A stretch of DNA of 64,000 nucleotides from Candidatus Obscuribacterales bacterium (GTDB lineage Bacteria; Cyanobacteriota; Vampirovibrionia; Obscuribacterales; Obscuribacteraceae): contig CBDDIJ010000002.1 of NCBI GenBank assembly GCA_965228855.1, forward strand, positions 2,272,001 through 2,336,000, read 5' to 3'. Under the pieces are notes generated by a model. It was not told where the DNA came from and did no database searches. It saw nothing but the letters and a program-made list of their open reading frames with translations. The position numbers and the translations under genes were made by a program. Positions 48,658 through 58,761 of this stretch are shown here, piece after piece; positions within the stretch are counted from its first letter, which is position 1; each line of letters begins with the position of its first letter.

Positions 48658-50691
48658 ATGACCCCAGGAAAACAAATTGCCAATCGTTCGAGCGAGAGCA
48701 TTTCAGCGCGCGCGAAAAGCTCTTTGGTTTTCATTGCATCCGCACTTCTTTTGTGCGGCTGTAACTCGACCGGCTCCGGTTCGACTGACGACGCGAGAAA
48801 ACGAAGTGCGGCGAAAGATCAGGCAGCCAGGGCGAAAAGCGAAGCTGAAGATGCTGTCGGTAAGTCGAATGACGATGATAATGAGCTGGAAAAGCTGAAG
48901 GCGTACAGTCGCAAATGTTTTCTGAAAGCAGAAAAGAAAGAAGACTTCTATAGACCACCAATCGATGAGAATGAGCGAGAAGCCGTAAAAATCTGCACCA
49001 AAGCTGCGGCTATTCTAGATGCGCGGCGAGAGGCCGAAGACAAAAGAAATGGTAGTGCTCCCCAGTCGAAAGATCCAGTCGACGCTGAAGTAGAGAAAGT
49101 CAAAAAGGAATACGGAAACATTGAAGGGTCTCGCGCAATTCAGGATGCGCTTCTAATCAGCCAGAGAGCGACTGCAATGGCGCCGAAACATCCCCTCGCC
49201 TGGAACCTACTTGCAGCGTGTCATTACACGATGGGAGATCGAGAAGCGGGTGATGCCGCAGTGGAAAAGGCTTGCGCGCTGGATCCGTGCTATGTGGTCG
49301 CCTGGAAAAACCGCGGAGTGATCGCCGCTGAGCGTCACAACTGGACAAAAGCGGCGGAATCGTTTGGGCATTGCGCGCGTTTGATTCCGGAGAATCCCAA
49401 GATTTCCATGATGATGGGGCGCGTTTACATCGAGATGCAACGCGGAGATGAGGCGATTAAGTGGTTTCAAAAAACATTGGAAATCGCTCCGAAGAATGCA
49501 GATGCTTGGTATCAACTCGGATATGCGTACCATTGCATGAAGCAGTTCACGACAGCGGAAGAAATGTACAACAAAGCCCTTTCGTTTGAACCCACTCATG
49601 AGGAAGCATTGCGGTATTTGTTGATTGCTCAGCGTGGTCAGAAAAAGTTCGCTGAAGCCGAAAAAACTATTGTGCGAATGACGCAAGTGATACCACAGCG
49701 AGCGATCGGATGGATTGAGCTCGGAAATTTACGCCGCGCTCGTGGTGACGTTTATGGGATGAAACAGGCTTATCGAGAGGTTTTCAAACATGATCGTAAA
49801 AATTCCGAGGGAATAATCGCTGAAGGCGAATACTACGCGGATCAGCAAAAATTCGAAGAGGCACGAAATTATTTTGAGCAAGCTCGCAAGCTAAATCCAA
49901 GCTGGTCAAGACCGTGGCATCTGCTCGGTCAGCTTGCCATGGATGTGCATGACTACAAGGGGGCGGAAAAATATTACTCTGTTGCCGCGAAATTGAGGAC
50001 GAATGCACCATTCGAGTGGAATAGTCTTGGATGCGCAGTCGCTTCGCAGGGGCGCATTCCCGAAGCCGAGAAGTTTTTCAAAACGGCCGTCGAGAAGGAC
50101 CCCTCGTACGCTCAAGGCTGGTCTAACTTGAGCCTGATCGCCCGTGATATGGGGCGGAGGCAAGAGGCTATCGAGTTGGGCTTGAAGGCCGTGAAGATGG
50201 ACCCTTACAGAACGAATTCCCTCTGCAATCTTGCCGATTTGTACTACGCAGAAGGGCGTTTAAAAGAGGCCGAAAGTCTTGCTCAAAAGGCCCTTCGTGT
50301 AGACGCAACTTCTGCTGATGCCTGGATTGCACTTGGCGTAATCGCCGCCGGGAAAAAGGATGCTGCCACCGCCAAGAAGTGTTTCGTCAAGGCGACGGAA
50401 CTTGAGCCTAGTAACAAAAGCGCCTGGAAAAACTTATCCGAAGTCTATAAGTTGCTTGGGGACAAGAAAGGCGAGGCTAGTGCGTTGAAAATGGCAATCA
50501 AAAGCAAGAGCACCGATCATCCTGACGATTTGTACAGCATGGCTTACAAGCTGGAATCGCTCGGTCATAAAGACGATGCGCGTGCTGCAATGAAGCAAGG
50601 TCTGAACATGGATCCCAGCGAAGCGGATGTGCTGATGAACGTCCCCTACGCTATTGAACAGAGTGAGTCCGATTCGAAGTCGCCGAAGTAG
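48658..50691 (+). CDS. Multi-TPR lipoprotein
   Basis: Lipobox LLCGC; more than ten consecutive TPR-like repeats (AWxNLG...A...F..A....P). Confidence 0.88.
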   Translation: MTPGKQIANRSSESISARAKSSLVFIASALLLCGCNSTGSGSTDDARKRSAAKDQAARAKSEAEDAVGKSNDDDNELEKLKAYSRKCFLKAEKKEDFYRPPIDENEREAVKICTKAAAILDARREAEDKRNGSAPQSKDPVDAEVEKVKKEYGNIEGSRAIQDALLISQRATAMAPKHPLAWNLLAACHYTMGDREAGDAAVEKACALDPCYVVAWKNRGVIAAERHNWTKAAESFGHCARLIPENPKISMMMGRVYIEMQRGDEAIKWFQKTLEIAPKNADAWYQLGYAYHCMKQFTTAEEMYNKALSFEPTHEEALRYLLIAQRGQKKFAEAEKTIVRMTQVIPQRAIGWIELGNLRRARGDVYGMKQAYREVFKHDRKNSEGIIAEGEYYADQQKFEEARNYFEQARKLNPSWSRPWHLLGQLAMDVHDYKGAEKYYSVAAKLRTNAPFEWNSLGCAVASQGRIPEAEKFFKTAVEKDPSYAQGWSNLSLIARDMGRRQEAIELGLKAVKMDPYRTNSLCNLADLYYAEGRLKEAESLAQKALRVDATSADAWIALGVIAAGKKDAATAKKCFVKATELEPSNKSAWKNLSEVYKLLGDKKGEASALKMAIKSKSTDHPDDLYSMAYKLESLGHKDDARAAMKQGLNMDPSEADVLMNVPYAIEQSESDSKSPK

Positions 50692-50693
50692 TT

Positions 50694-52211
50694 CTAAATA
50701 AACTGAAAAAGCAGCAGACTCTTAACTATCACCGGGTCGCTTGGCGCTTCGCGTGCGAGTTGGAAGCTGACCTGATTGACCGGATACACATAGTTTTTCT
50801 TGCCGGGTATGGTACCGCCCGCGGTGTTGGTTGGCTCGGCCAGGGTAAATTGAGGCTCTCCAAACTTTTTCTTCATGGTTTCCAGCTTATCATTGAGAGC
50901 AACACCAAGTCCTTCGGGAACGTAAGCTTGGTCGAATACTCTGAAAGCCTCGACGGTACCATTACGCAAATAGATTTGCAGCAATGTCTTTCGACTGTTG
51001 TTTTGCAAAGACCAGACGTTCCATCCGTTGTACTTTTGTTTGGAGACAATTCCCTTGTTTTTGAGGTAGGAATCGACTTGTGCTTCAGGCACGCCCAGTC
51101 TGAGCCCCGGAATGCCTGACACCAGCTGCGGTGGCAGGTAGGCGACGTGCATTCCACCGGATGCTATCGGCCCGCGATTTTTCGCCTTTTCCAGAATTCC
51201 AGCGACACCGCTCAAATCCGCTTCCTTCTCAGCCACGTATTCTTTCATTGTCCGGTACTGAATCGGGCTGTCGACGCGCGCGTACGTTTTATCACTTCCG
51301 CCGTACTGATTGTCGGCAGGAGATTCGGCTTGACCGCGCCTGAGGTCTACGATTCCCTGCGACTGTGCCAGTCCCGCCGATCTCGTCGAGTCCTTAGTGT
51401 AGTCGGTTATCTTCGGAATCGATGAAATTGTGGTGCCTCGGGCGTAATTGCCTGTTCGAATCACTTTTGATTCAGTGTCCGCAATTATATTAGCCATCTC
51501 CTCTGCTGGAGCCGATTCAGCTTTCTTGTTGCCAGTGATCTCTTCTACGAATTTTGTCGCCTGGTACATTTTGTTGATGTTGTTCGCCATCGCCCCCCAG
51601 TTGTTAGTCGATTTACCGGAGAGTGCCGAGGACGACTCCGCCTTGCTATCGGTGGACGCACCTAGATTACCGGCGGGTTGGTAGGCATTGGGCGTGAAAT
51701 TGAATCTGGCACCGGCGCTTCCTGCGGATGGCTCTGCGAGGCTTGCTGTTTTCGAAGCACCGTCTAAATGATAACCACCTGGTTTTGAACGGCTGGCCGG
51801 CATCATCGCGATTAGCTCATCCGATTTCGTCGCGCTCATTTTAGCCCGGCGCATCTGTTTAGCCTGCGGTCTAATCACAAGCGCGGGATCGAGTGAATTC
51901 TGGGTTGCTAGAAACATTTGCTGCGATGGAGCCTGATCCAATTTTTGCATCGCGATTTGGGGCTCATTTCCAATGTTCTGCAAAATGCGAATCAGCAATT
52001 GCACTCCGGCTTCCGGTGAAGAAACTGCGGAACCGGCTTTCAGCAGTTTGGTCTTCCTCGCAACGATGGTAGCTTTGCTCTCCGCCCCGAACGTCGGCGA
52101 GCCGGCGGCAACCGGTTGGTTGGCGCATACCGCCAGCGAAACTGCAGTGATAATGGCGCTCGTCACGTGCAGATGTTTTGTTTCTATTCGGGTCTTGATT
52201 AGCTTCATCAT
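50694..52211 (-). CDS. Secreted hypothetical protein, low-complexity middle and BLIP/DUF4309-like C-terminal repeats
   Basis: Signal peptide; GGAGG RBS 12 nt after the regulator stop; GLRLGVPEAQV and GVALNDKLETMKKKFGEP repeats. Confidence 0.7.
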   Translation of the reverse strand: MMKLIKTRIETKHLHVTSAIITAVSLAVCANQPVAAGSPTFGAESKATIVARKTKLLKAGSAVSSPEAGVQLLIRILQNIGNEPQIAMQKLDQAPSQQMFLATQNSLDPALVIRPQAKQMRRAKMSATKSDELIAMMPASRSKPGGYHLDGASKTASLAEPSAGSAGARFNFTPNAYQPAGNLGASTDSKAESSSALSGKSTNNWGAMANNINKMYQATKFVEEITGNKKAESAPAEEMANIIADTESKVIRTGNYARGTTISSIPKITDYTKDSTRSAGLAQSQGIVDLRRGQAESPADNQYGGSDKTYARVDSPIQYRTMKEYVAEKEADLSGVAGILEKAKNRGPIASGGMHVAYLPPQLVSGIPGLRLGVPEAQVDSYLKNKGIVSKQKYNGWNVWSLQNNSRKTLLQIYLRNGTVEAFRVFDQAYVPEGLGVALNDKLETMKKKFGEPQFTLAEPTNTAGGTIPGKKNYVYPVNQVSFQLAREAPSDPVIVKSLLLFQFI

Positions 52212-52223
52212 CGTTCCTCCGGT

Positions 52224-52931
52224 TTATGCTCCGGCTTTGGCTCCCAGCTTTGCTTCCCAATCATCAAGCTCTTGCTGATTAATAAGTCCGCGCTTGTTTG
52301 CAAGGTATACTGCCCGGCATCGCTGATTGAATTCCGTTTCGTTTGACTCGCCACGACCGGGAATTCCGAGCTTCGCATAAAGCGATTTTAGTCGTGACTG
52401 CACAGCTTTCTCGGTCAAGAACAATCGTTTTGCGATTGTGTGATCGGTCATGCCGAGCGAGATGCATACGAGTGCCTCGTATTCGGCGCTGGTCAAGTTT
52501 GTGGCTCGGTTTTGAGTGCGCTGAATTACTCTAGCGATACCTGGATGAATCCAGCAATCACCGGACAGAACTGCGCGACAGGCTTCAACAACTTGTTCAT
52601 TCGATGCGTTTTTCAACACGTAACCAAACGCTCCGTCAGGCGGCACAATCTTCCAGAGCTGTCTGACGTAAACTTCATCGGAAAAGTTCGATAGCATGAT
52701 AACGCCCGTCGAAGGCAACTTCTCCAAAATCTGCTCAGCGGCTTTGATTCCCGAGAGGTTCGGCATCTTGATGTCAAGGAAAACCAGGTCGGGCTTTATC
52801 TTAATCGCCATCTCAACGGCTTCTTGACCGTCGTGAGCTTCGTGAAGAGGGTGGTCTTTGACGTTCTCCTCGAGGAGATTGCGCAACCAACCACGGTCTC
52901 TGTCTTCGTCATCCGCAAAGAGAATCGTCAT
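52224..52931 (-). CDS. NarL/LuxR-family response regulator
   Basis: ADDE, FLDIKMP, GYVLK; LTSAEYEAL...GMTDHTIAKRLFLTEKAV...LYAKLG HTH. Confidence 0.92.
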   Translation of the reverse strand: MTILFADDEDRDRGWLRNLLEENVKDHPLHEAHDGQEAVEMAIKIKPDLVFLDIKMPNLSGIKAAEQILEKLPSTGVIMLSNFSDEVYVRQLWKIVPPDGAFGYVLKNASNEQVVEACRAVLSGDCWIHPGIARVIQRTQNRATNLTSAEYEALVCISLGMTDHTIAKRLFLTEKAVQSRLKSLYAKLGIPGRGESNETEFNQRCRAVYLANKRGLINQQELDDWEAKLGAKAGA

Positions 52932-54835
52932 AAATTACCTCGTGCGTCCTCATCCGATGTGCCTACGGCGATTTTGAGCATCAGCTCGCAACCTGTTTCA
53001 TACATTACCGGCTTCGACCATTCGACATTAGCCCCAATCAGTTGGGCTCGCTGGCGAATGTTCAGAAGTCCGTGGGAATCAGCCCTGATTTTGGATGGAT
53101 CGATCCCTCTCCCATTATCCGTGACTTTAATCACTAAGTGGCCCTCTTGCAACCCTATAGATAATTCAACTTCGTTTGCGTGAGAGTGCTTTTGTATGTT
53201 GTTTAAACCTTCTTGAACTATGCGATAGAGCTGCAATCTGGTCATCTGAGTGAGACCATAGTCGTCTTGTTGGTCACCGTCCTTAAAACTGGTCTCAATA
53301 TTCATGTCCCTCTCCAAGGCCACCAGCAGATTTTCAAGTGCCGGCTTGAAACCCATCGTCTCCAGAACGGAGGGGTGAAGGTCATTAATTACGCGCCGCA
53401 TCTCGACTACAGCTTGATCCAACTTCATTCTCATCTCTTGAGGAACAGGATTGTCTTCAAGTTCCGTCGAGAGTTTATCCGCCATGCGCGCAACAGATGA
53501 AAGGGCTGGCAAAGTTTCGTCGTGTAAATCTTCTGCTATTCGTTGACGCTCTTCTTCCGCGCGAACCTGCATGGCTTCTCTCGCTTCGGCGAGCTCTTTG
53601 TTCCTTAATCGTAAATCGGTGTCCAGGTAGATCAGCGTTCCAAAGATGAAAGCCAGCATGATAACTGCCAGAAGCGGCACAATGGGAACGTAAATAAATG
53701 AGGTGATAAACAGAACTTCGGTAGTCGCCACGATCACCATCGAGGTGCAGAGAAAACTAGTGGTGCGCGTACCCATGCGCAGGATCGAAGCCAGCGCGCC
53801 CAAAGCTCCTCCAGCCAAAAGAAGGATGTGGTGAAGAATAGAGCGTGGAAACGTATGAATTATCTGGTTTTTGTGAATCGTGTTGATTGCGTCCGCTTGA
53901 ATTTGAGCGTGTGTCACGTTTTCCGCAAGTGGGGTTCTGACAGCCGGAGTGTTGTCCTGCTTCTGCGTAAATTTCGTGCCGATGATCACGACTTTGCCTT
54001 GAAAGTGAGACGGCGCCACTTCGCCGTTCACCACTTCGGTTGCTCGATAGGTATCGTATTTGGTGCCGCGAAAATTGATGTATAGAGGCAGATCGTCTTG
54101 AGTGAACTTCGGCATCTGTCCGACGGTGGGACCGATGCCGCCCTTGCTGGCCATCAATGCCGCAACCGCTTTGGGTAATGAATCGAACACCTCATGACCG
54201 TACGTGAAAATTGGACTGTTAACCGTACCCTCCTGGGCCGCTGCCACCATCGGCATCTGACAGACCAGTCCATTCGGCTCCGCCAGCAGGTGATCGTAAG
54301 CACAAGCTGCGCAAGCCTTGCGCAATTCAACAGACGGAAAGTCCGAGGCGTCCTCCAGGTTGCCGAGCAGGGCAAGTACGATATTCGAACGATACTTTTG
54401 GAAAACTTCAATCAGTTTCGGATCGGCTTTACCGGCAACATCGATGTCGACCACGACGAGCAACGGCGAGCCTGCCTGTATGGTGGTAATCAAGTTGGCA
54501 AGGACTTGTTGAACTGGGCTCGGACCGTCGTCAATCGGCTCGGCCTCGAGGTCGAACTGATCGTCGTCGTCATAGGTAACGAGCACGATATCCTGCGATT
54601 TGGTTGTTCCCAGCAGCTTTGAACTGAGTTCATGCGCTACTTTGAACCGCCATTCGAGTAAATTCAGCTCCATTGTGTCGAGCACGGGAGACTCCGCAAG
54701 AAGGATGGTAGCTAAACAGCCGGCAAGAGTTCCCCAAAACAGCCGTTGAAACAGAAGACCGTCGCGGCCCTGCTTCGCCATCGCTGCGGGTAATCGACGC
54801 GTTATCGGCGCCAGAAATGAACTCATGTTTGCCAT
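52928..54835 (-). CDS. CHASE2-domain sensor histidine kinase (HisKA_3)
   Basis: TM, DIVLV...DID...INFRG...GKVVIIG...RTP...QADAINT (CHASE2), 3 TM, EERQRIAEDLHD, QEGLNNIQKHS, DNGRG, GLLNI. Confidence 0.9.
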   Translation of the reverse strand: MANMSSFLAPITRRLPAAMAKQGRDGLLFQRLFWGTLAGCLATILLAESPVLDTMELNLLEWRFKVAHELSSKLLGTTKSQDIVLVTYDDDDQFDLEAEPIDDGPSPVQQVLANLITTIQAGSPLLVVVDIDVAGKADPKLIEVFQKYRSNIVLALLGNLEDASDFPSVELRKACAACAYDHLLAEPNGLVCQMPMVAAAQEGTVNSPIFTYGHEVFDSLPKAVAALMASKGGIGPTVGQMPKFTQDDLPLYINFRGTKYDTYRATEVVNGEVAPSHFQGKVVIIGTKFTQKQDNTPAVRTPLAENVTHAQIQADAINTIHKNQIIHTFPRSILHHILLLAGGALGALASILRMGTRTTSFLCTSMVIVATTEVLFITSFIYVPIVPLLAVIMLAFIFGTLIYLDTDLRLRNKELAEAREAMQVRAEEERQRIAEDLHDETLPALSSVARMADKLSTELEDNPVPQEMRMKLDQAVVEMRRVINDLHPSVLETMGFKPALENLLVALERDMNIETSFKDGDQQDDYGLTQMTRLQLYRIVQEGLNNIQKHSHANEVELSIGLQEGHLVIKVTDNGRGIDPSKIRADSHGLLNIRQRAQLIGANVEWSKPVMYETGCELMLKIAVGTSDEDARGNL

Positions 54836-54963
54836 TGGAGCATCGTGCCTGATGGTCTCGGTAGTAATGCAGGCTGTCGCCTTACCACTAATATGAAGTT
54901 TGCCGGCTCCTCCACGCCCGTGTGCTCCAAGATTAGTCTAGCCAAGGCATAACTTCAATTGTC

Positions 54964-55017
54964 CAGGGAAAACCCCAGAGGCGCCTTATTTAGATAATAA
55001 CCCAGGGTTTTCCCTGA
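54964..55017. promoter_or_regulatory. Perfect 12-bp inverted repeat CAGGGAAAACCC-N29-GGGTTTTCCCTG in the divergent promoter region
   Basis: Arms at 54964-54975 and 55005-55016; the same motif recurs at 58599. Confidence 0.7.
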
Positions 55018-55149
55018 CCGTGAAGAGCCGTTTTACGCCAAGATTTCGACGCCGATAATGTCTATCCTGATTATAGGCGTCACTCAGCGCGGTCGAAGAC
55101 TCGGGTCCGATCGGCTGCACTCTCGTATCAGTCTTGTGAGGCATTGTTT

Positions 55150-57804
55150 ATGCGAGTTCGAAGATTTACATTGGCAGCCCTGACGGTAATTGGCACAAGC
55201 TCATCGCTTTTGATGGCGCCATCGGCACAGGCTTCCGGTTTCATCGTCGTCGATCCGGCATTCCACGGGGCGATCGCTCCAGTGCCCATATCGCCTCCCA
55301 CCACCCCCATAACTCCTATCCGCCCAGGTCATCCTCTGCCGCGCCCGGTGCCGCCGGTTTTACACGGTAGCGTTTCAACCGGACTTTCACTCGATAAGCA
55401 AGAGATCTCTGTGGACATTGACAATAATGTCGCTAAAACGTACATCAAACAGACATTTCGCAATGATACCGACCGAGATCTTGCCGGTACCTATCTCTTC
55501 CCTCTACCTCAAGATGCTACCTTCAGTTCTTTCTCGTTGCATATTGATGGGAAACCGATCGAAGGAAAGATTCTGGCCGCAGCTGAAGCTCGGCAGCAGT
55601 ACGAGCAGATTGTGCGCTCGATGGTCGACCCCGGTCTTCTCGAATATGCGGATTATAAAACAGTTCGCGCTCGCATCTTCCCAATCCCGAAGCACGGAAC
55701 GAAAACCGTCGAACTTGAATACACGCAATTGCTCAAGACAAATGGAGGTATGCTCAAGTATCGCTTCCCTTTGAAATCGGCTCAGGCTCAGGCTGTGGAC
55801 GAAACCAAGATTGACATAAAAGTGAAGAGCAAGGAAGAACTCCGATCGGTTTGGTCTCCGTCGCATACGATTAAAACCGATCGAAAAGACAGTCATAATG
55901 CGATTGTTTCATTCGACGACAAGGCTACAGATAAGTTGGCCAATAAGGATTTTTCGGTCTATTACACGATCTCAGATAAAGATCTGTCAACCAGTATCTT
56001 GACTCATAAGAAGAGCGATGAAGACGGCTATTTTTTGATGACGCTAAATCCGCCGTTGATCGCCAAAGAGATTGTAGAAAAAGATGTGGTCCTGATCGCT
56101 GATACATCCGGGTCAATGAACGGCGAGAAAATGGATCAATGCAAGAAGGCATTGAAGTATGTAATTGAGTCGCTGCACCCAAAGGACCGCTTCTCGCTCG
56201 TCAGTTTCAGCACTGATTCCGAGGTCTTTAAGAGCCGGCTGGTCGAAGCAACGAAGGAGAATAGGAACAAAGCAAATGAGTTTATCGACGATCTGCGAGC
56301 TCGTGGTGGTACCAATATTGGTGACGCGCTCTCAAGCGGGCTGGAGATTCTCAACGATAGTTCTTCTCGACCCGCCTACTTGGTCCTAATGACTGATGGA
56401 CAACCGACCGTCGGCACAATTGAGATGAACGACCTTGTTAAATCTGTGAAACCCAAACGTGACATTCGCCTGTTCGATTTTGGTGTGGGCTACGATGTTA
56501 ATACTCAATTGTTGAATAAACTCGCTGAGGAGCATCACGGTTCTGCACAGTACGTAGAGCCTGATGAGGATCTTGAAGTTTCGCTATCAAGTTTCTATCA
56601 AAAGATCAGCAGTCCTGTTCTTAGCGATGTGAAGCTGGTTTACGATGGAATTGAAGTTAAGGATGTCTATCCAAAGACCGTAAAAGATCTCTTTGCCGGA
56701 ACCCCGGTGATGCTTCTGGGGCGCTACAAAACAGGAGCCGAGGCGACTGTTAAACTCACCGGCAGCGTCAACGGAGATGCAAAGGCTTTTGATTTCCCTT
56801 TGACTTTTGAAAAGTCAGAAGCTGGTGCTTCATACCTTCCACGAATGTGGGCGATGAGAAGAATTGGCTATTTGACGGAAGTTGCGCAATCCAACAATGA
56901 CAATAAGGAAGTGGTTGACGAGATTGTCGAACTTTCCAAACACTATGGAATTATCTCTGCCTATACTTCTTTTCTCGTGACCGATCCCAATGAGCCAACC
57001 GCATTTCGTAACAATGTGATGCCGGTGGATGGTCCGGCTGTTGGCAGAGGGTCTATCCCGCTACCGCCTCCGGGTGCTCCTGAGCCACTAATCTCTACTG
57101 CTACAAGCGCTCGCGGCGCGCGGTTTGATTTCATGCCAAACGCGTGGGGCGGCGATGAGTTTCGCGGTGGCGAAGGCTGGAGTTCATCCGGAGCGCCGCA
57201 AGCCATGTTTGCTTTTAGCTCTAAACAGAAAGCCGCTATCGCTGGCGGCGGCGGTGGGTCTCTCCACAGACCTGTCAGTGGGCGATTACACTCTCCAACC
57301 AAGCTGGATTCTGGAGTCTCTCGCTCACCGGAGAGCAAATCCGAGCTTGCAATGCTTCCACCTTCAAATTTCGGAGCTTCTGCGAGCGCTAATAAAATCT
57401 ACCGTGACGAGGGGGCCGACCGCGACCGGTTGAAAGAATCAAAAGATGCATTCGCCAGATCTTTAGCCGGCGCCAAGCCTGCTGGTGAGAAGGCCGTGCT
57501 CGCTCAAAAGTCACTGGCTTCATTGAAAGGCGCAGATGGAGTATCCGCTGCCGGCACCATTAATGGTGTCAAAGTCATTGGAGAAAAGACCTTCTATTTC
57601 CTCAATGGTTTTTGGGTCGATAGCAGTTTTGAAAAAGAGAAAGATCCAAAAATCGAGGAGATCGAATTCGGCAGCGAAAAATACTTTGATCTTGTAAAAA
57701 GCGATTCTGAGATAACACCGTTTCTCGGCGCTGGCCAACAGGTTATCGTTGTTTTCAAAGGCCACTGCTACAAAATCGTAGAGCCGAAGCAAGCGCAAAT
57801 CTAA
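55150..57804 (+). CDS. Secreted VIT + vWA domain protein, paralog 1
   Basis: Signal peptide (AQA), Pro-rich linker, VIT (QTFRN...YLFPLP...GLLEY), MIDAS DTSGSM/GGTN/TDG, ISAYTSFLV. Confidence 0.92.
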   Translation: MRVRRFTLAALTVIGTSSSLLMAPSAQASGFIVVDPAFHGAIAPVPISPPTTPITPIRPGHPLPRPVPPVLHGSVSTGLSLDKQEISVDIDNNVAKTYIKQTFRNDTDRDLAGTYLFPLPQDATFSSFSLHIDGKPIEGKILAAAEARQQYEQIVRSMVDPGLLEYADYKTVRARIFPIPKHGTKTVELEYTQLLKTNGGMLKYRFPLKSAQAQAVDETKIDIKVKSKEELRSVWSPSHTIKTDRKDSHNAIVSFDDKATDKLANKDFSVYYTISDKDLSTSILTHKKSDEDGYFLMTLNPPLIAKEIVEKDVVLIADTSGSMNGEKMDQCKKALKYVIESLHPKDRFSLVSFSTDSEVFKSRLVEATKENRNKANEFIDDLRARGGTNIGDALSSGLEILNDSSSRPAYLVLMTDGQPTVGTIEMNDLVKSVKPKRDIRLFDFGVGYDVNTQLLNKLAEEHHGSAQYVEPDEDLEVSLSSFYQKISSPVLSDVKLVYDGIEVKDVYPKTVKDLFAGTPVMLLGRYKTGAEATVKLTGSVNGDAKAFDFPLTFEKSEAGASYLPRMWAMRRIGYLTEVAQSNNDNKEVVDEIVELSKHYGIISAYTSFLVTDPNEPTAFRNNVMPVDGPAVGRGSIPLPPPGAPEPLISTATSARGARFDFMPNAWGGDEFRGGEGWSSSGAPQAMFAFSSKQKAAIAGGGGGSLHRPVSGRLHSPTKLDSGVSRSPESKSELAMLPPSNFGASASANKIYRDEGADRDRLKESKDAFARSLAGAKPAGEKAVLAQKSLASLKGADGVSAAGTINGVKVIGEKTFYFLNGFWVDSSFEKEKDPKIEEIEFGSEKYFDLVKSDSEITPFLGAGQQVIVVFKGHCYKIVEPKQAQI

Positions 57805-57807
57805 ACA

Positions 57808-58125
57808 TCAAATGTTCAATCTGTATTCGGCAATGGAATCTTGCACAAGCTCTAACGGTACATTGCCGACGACTTTTTCGATCCAGTCAGGATTGATCTG
57901 CGCTGGTGTCACAGGGAGGATTATGTGCGTTTCGCTCAGTCCGCAATTTGTGTGAATCGAAGGGTCTATGGTGAGGCTCCATGCGTACTCCGGTTTGGGT
58001 CTGATGGAGAACGTTGTCGGCTTACCATGGTCTACCCTGAGGACCAAGAGAAACGATTGCGGGCGCGAACTCGCCGTGCTTCGCAACTGGATGATATCGC
58101 CTACCTTGAGCGACAATTCACTCAT
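57808..58125 (-). CDS. Hypothetical protein, possible PemK/MazF-like fold
   Basis: AGGAG RBS; GDII...RP..LLVL...GL....I...IEKVVGNV pattern; fold call is tentative. Confidence 0.55.
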   Translation of the reverse strand: MSELSLKVGDIIQLRSTASSRPQSFLLVLRVDHGKPTTFSIRPKPEYAWSLTIDPSIHTNCGLSETHIILPVTPAQINPDWIEKVVGNVPLELVQDSIAEYRLNI

Positions 58126-58190
58126 AGGATGACTTCTCCTGAAACTACCTTTTGATTTTAGTCCAGGACTTGTTTCTCTGACAACGGTTT

Positions 58191-58499
58191 TTAATGAGTA
58201 ACGGACGACGGCGCTACGCGTGATGCAGTTTTATAACCGTTGTGCGCTGCTTGAAGTTGGTGCTTCGGCGATGAGTGATAGCCGCAAGCCATGACGATGA
58301 GGAAGCCGAGTAAGAGCCCGCTGACGATGAAGTGCCTGGAGTAGTCGGCGTTACTGGCGCGAATTACAGCTGTGCGCTTTTTGAATTCGTCGGAGTGACG
58401 ATCGGAGTGAAACGAAAGGTTCGTGCGGGAACAACCCACGCATTCGTTGCTGAATCTCGACATGATGGCGCCGCAGTCATTGCACAGAATTGCTTTCAC
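58191..58499 (-). CDS. Small zinc-ribbon membrane protein
   Basis: AAGGAG RBS + GTG; CNDC...CVGC, one TM helix. Confidence 0.7.
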   Translation of the reverse strand: MKAILCNDCGAIMSRFSNECVGCSRTNLSFHSDRHSDEFKKRTAVIRASNADYSRHFIVSGLLLGFLIVMACGYHSSPKHQLQAAHNGYKTASRVAPSSVTH

Positions 58500-58598
58500 T
58501 AGAACTCTCCTTACACAACGCCTCTCTTATACGACGAGGGATCTGGTAGTGCAAGCGGTGGCAGATTTATAGGCTGTATAACTGGCATGCTCCAAACC

Positions 58599-58611
58599 GG
58601 GTTTTCCCTGA
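58599..58611 (+). promoter_or_regulatory. Third copy of the GGGTTTTCCCTG(A) motif, upstream of VIT-vWA paralog 2
   Basis: 13/13 identity to 55005-55017. Confidence 0.65.
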
Positions 58612-58761
58612 ACGTTGCTGGCGCTTGTTCCTGGCGAATTCCTCGCCTGGATTTCGTACGCTAGTTATTGACCGAACAACTTCGGTCACACGGCGAATTG
58701 ACGGGATGCCCGAAAGATAAATTTGTTATCGATCCTTGGCATCCGCGACGAGGACATTTAT

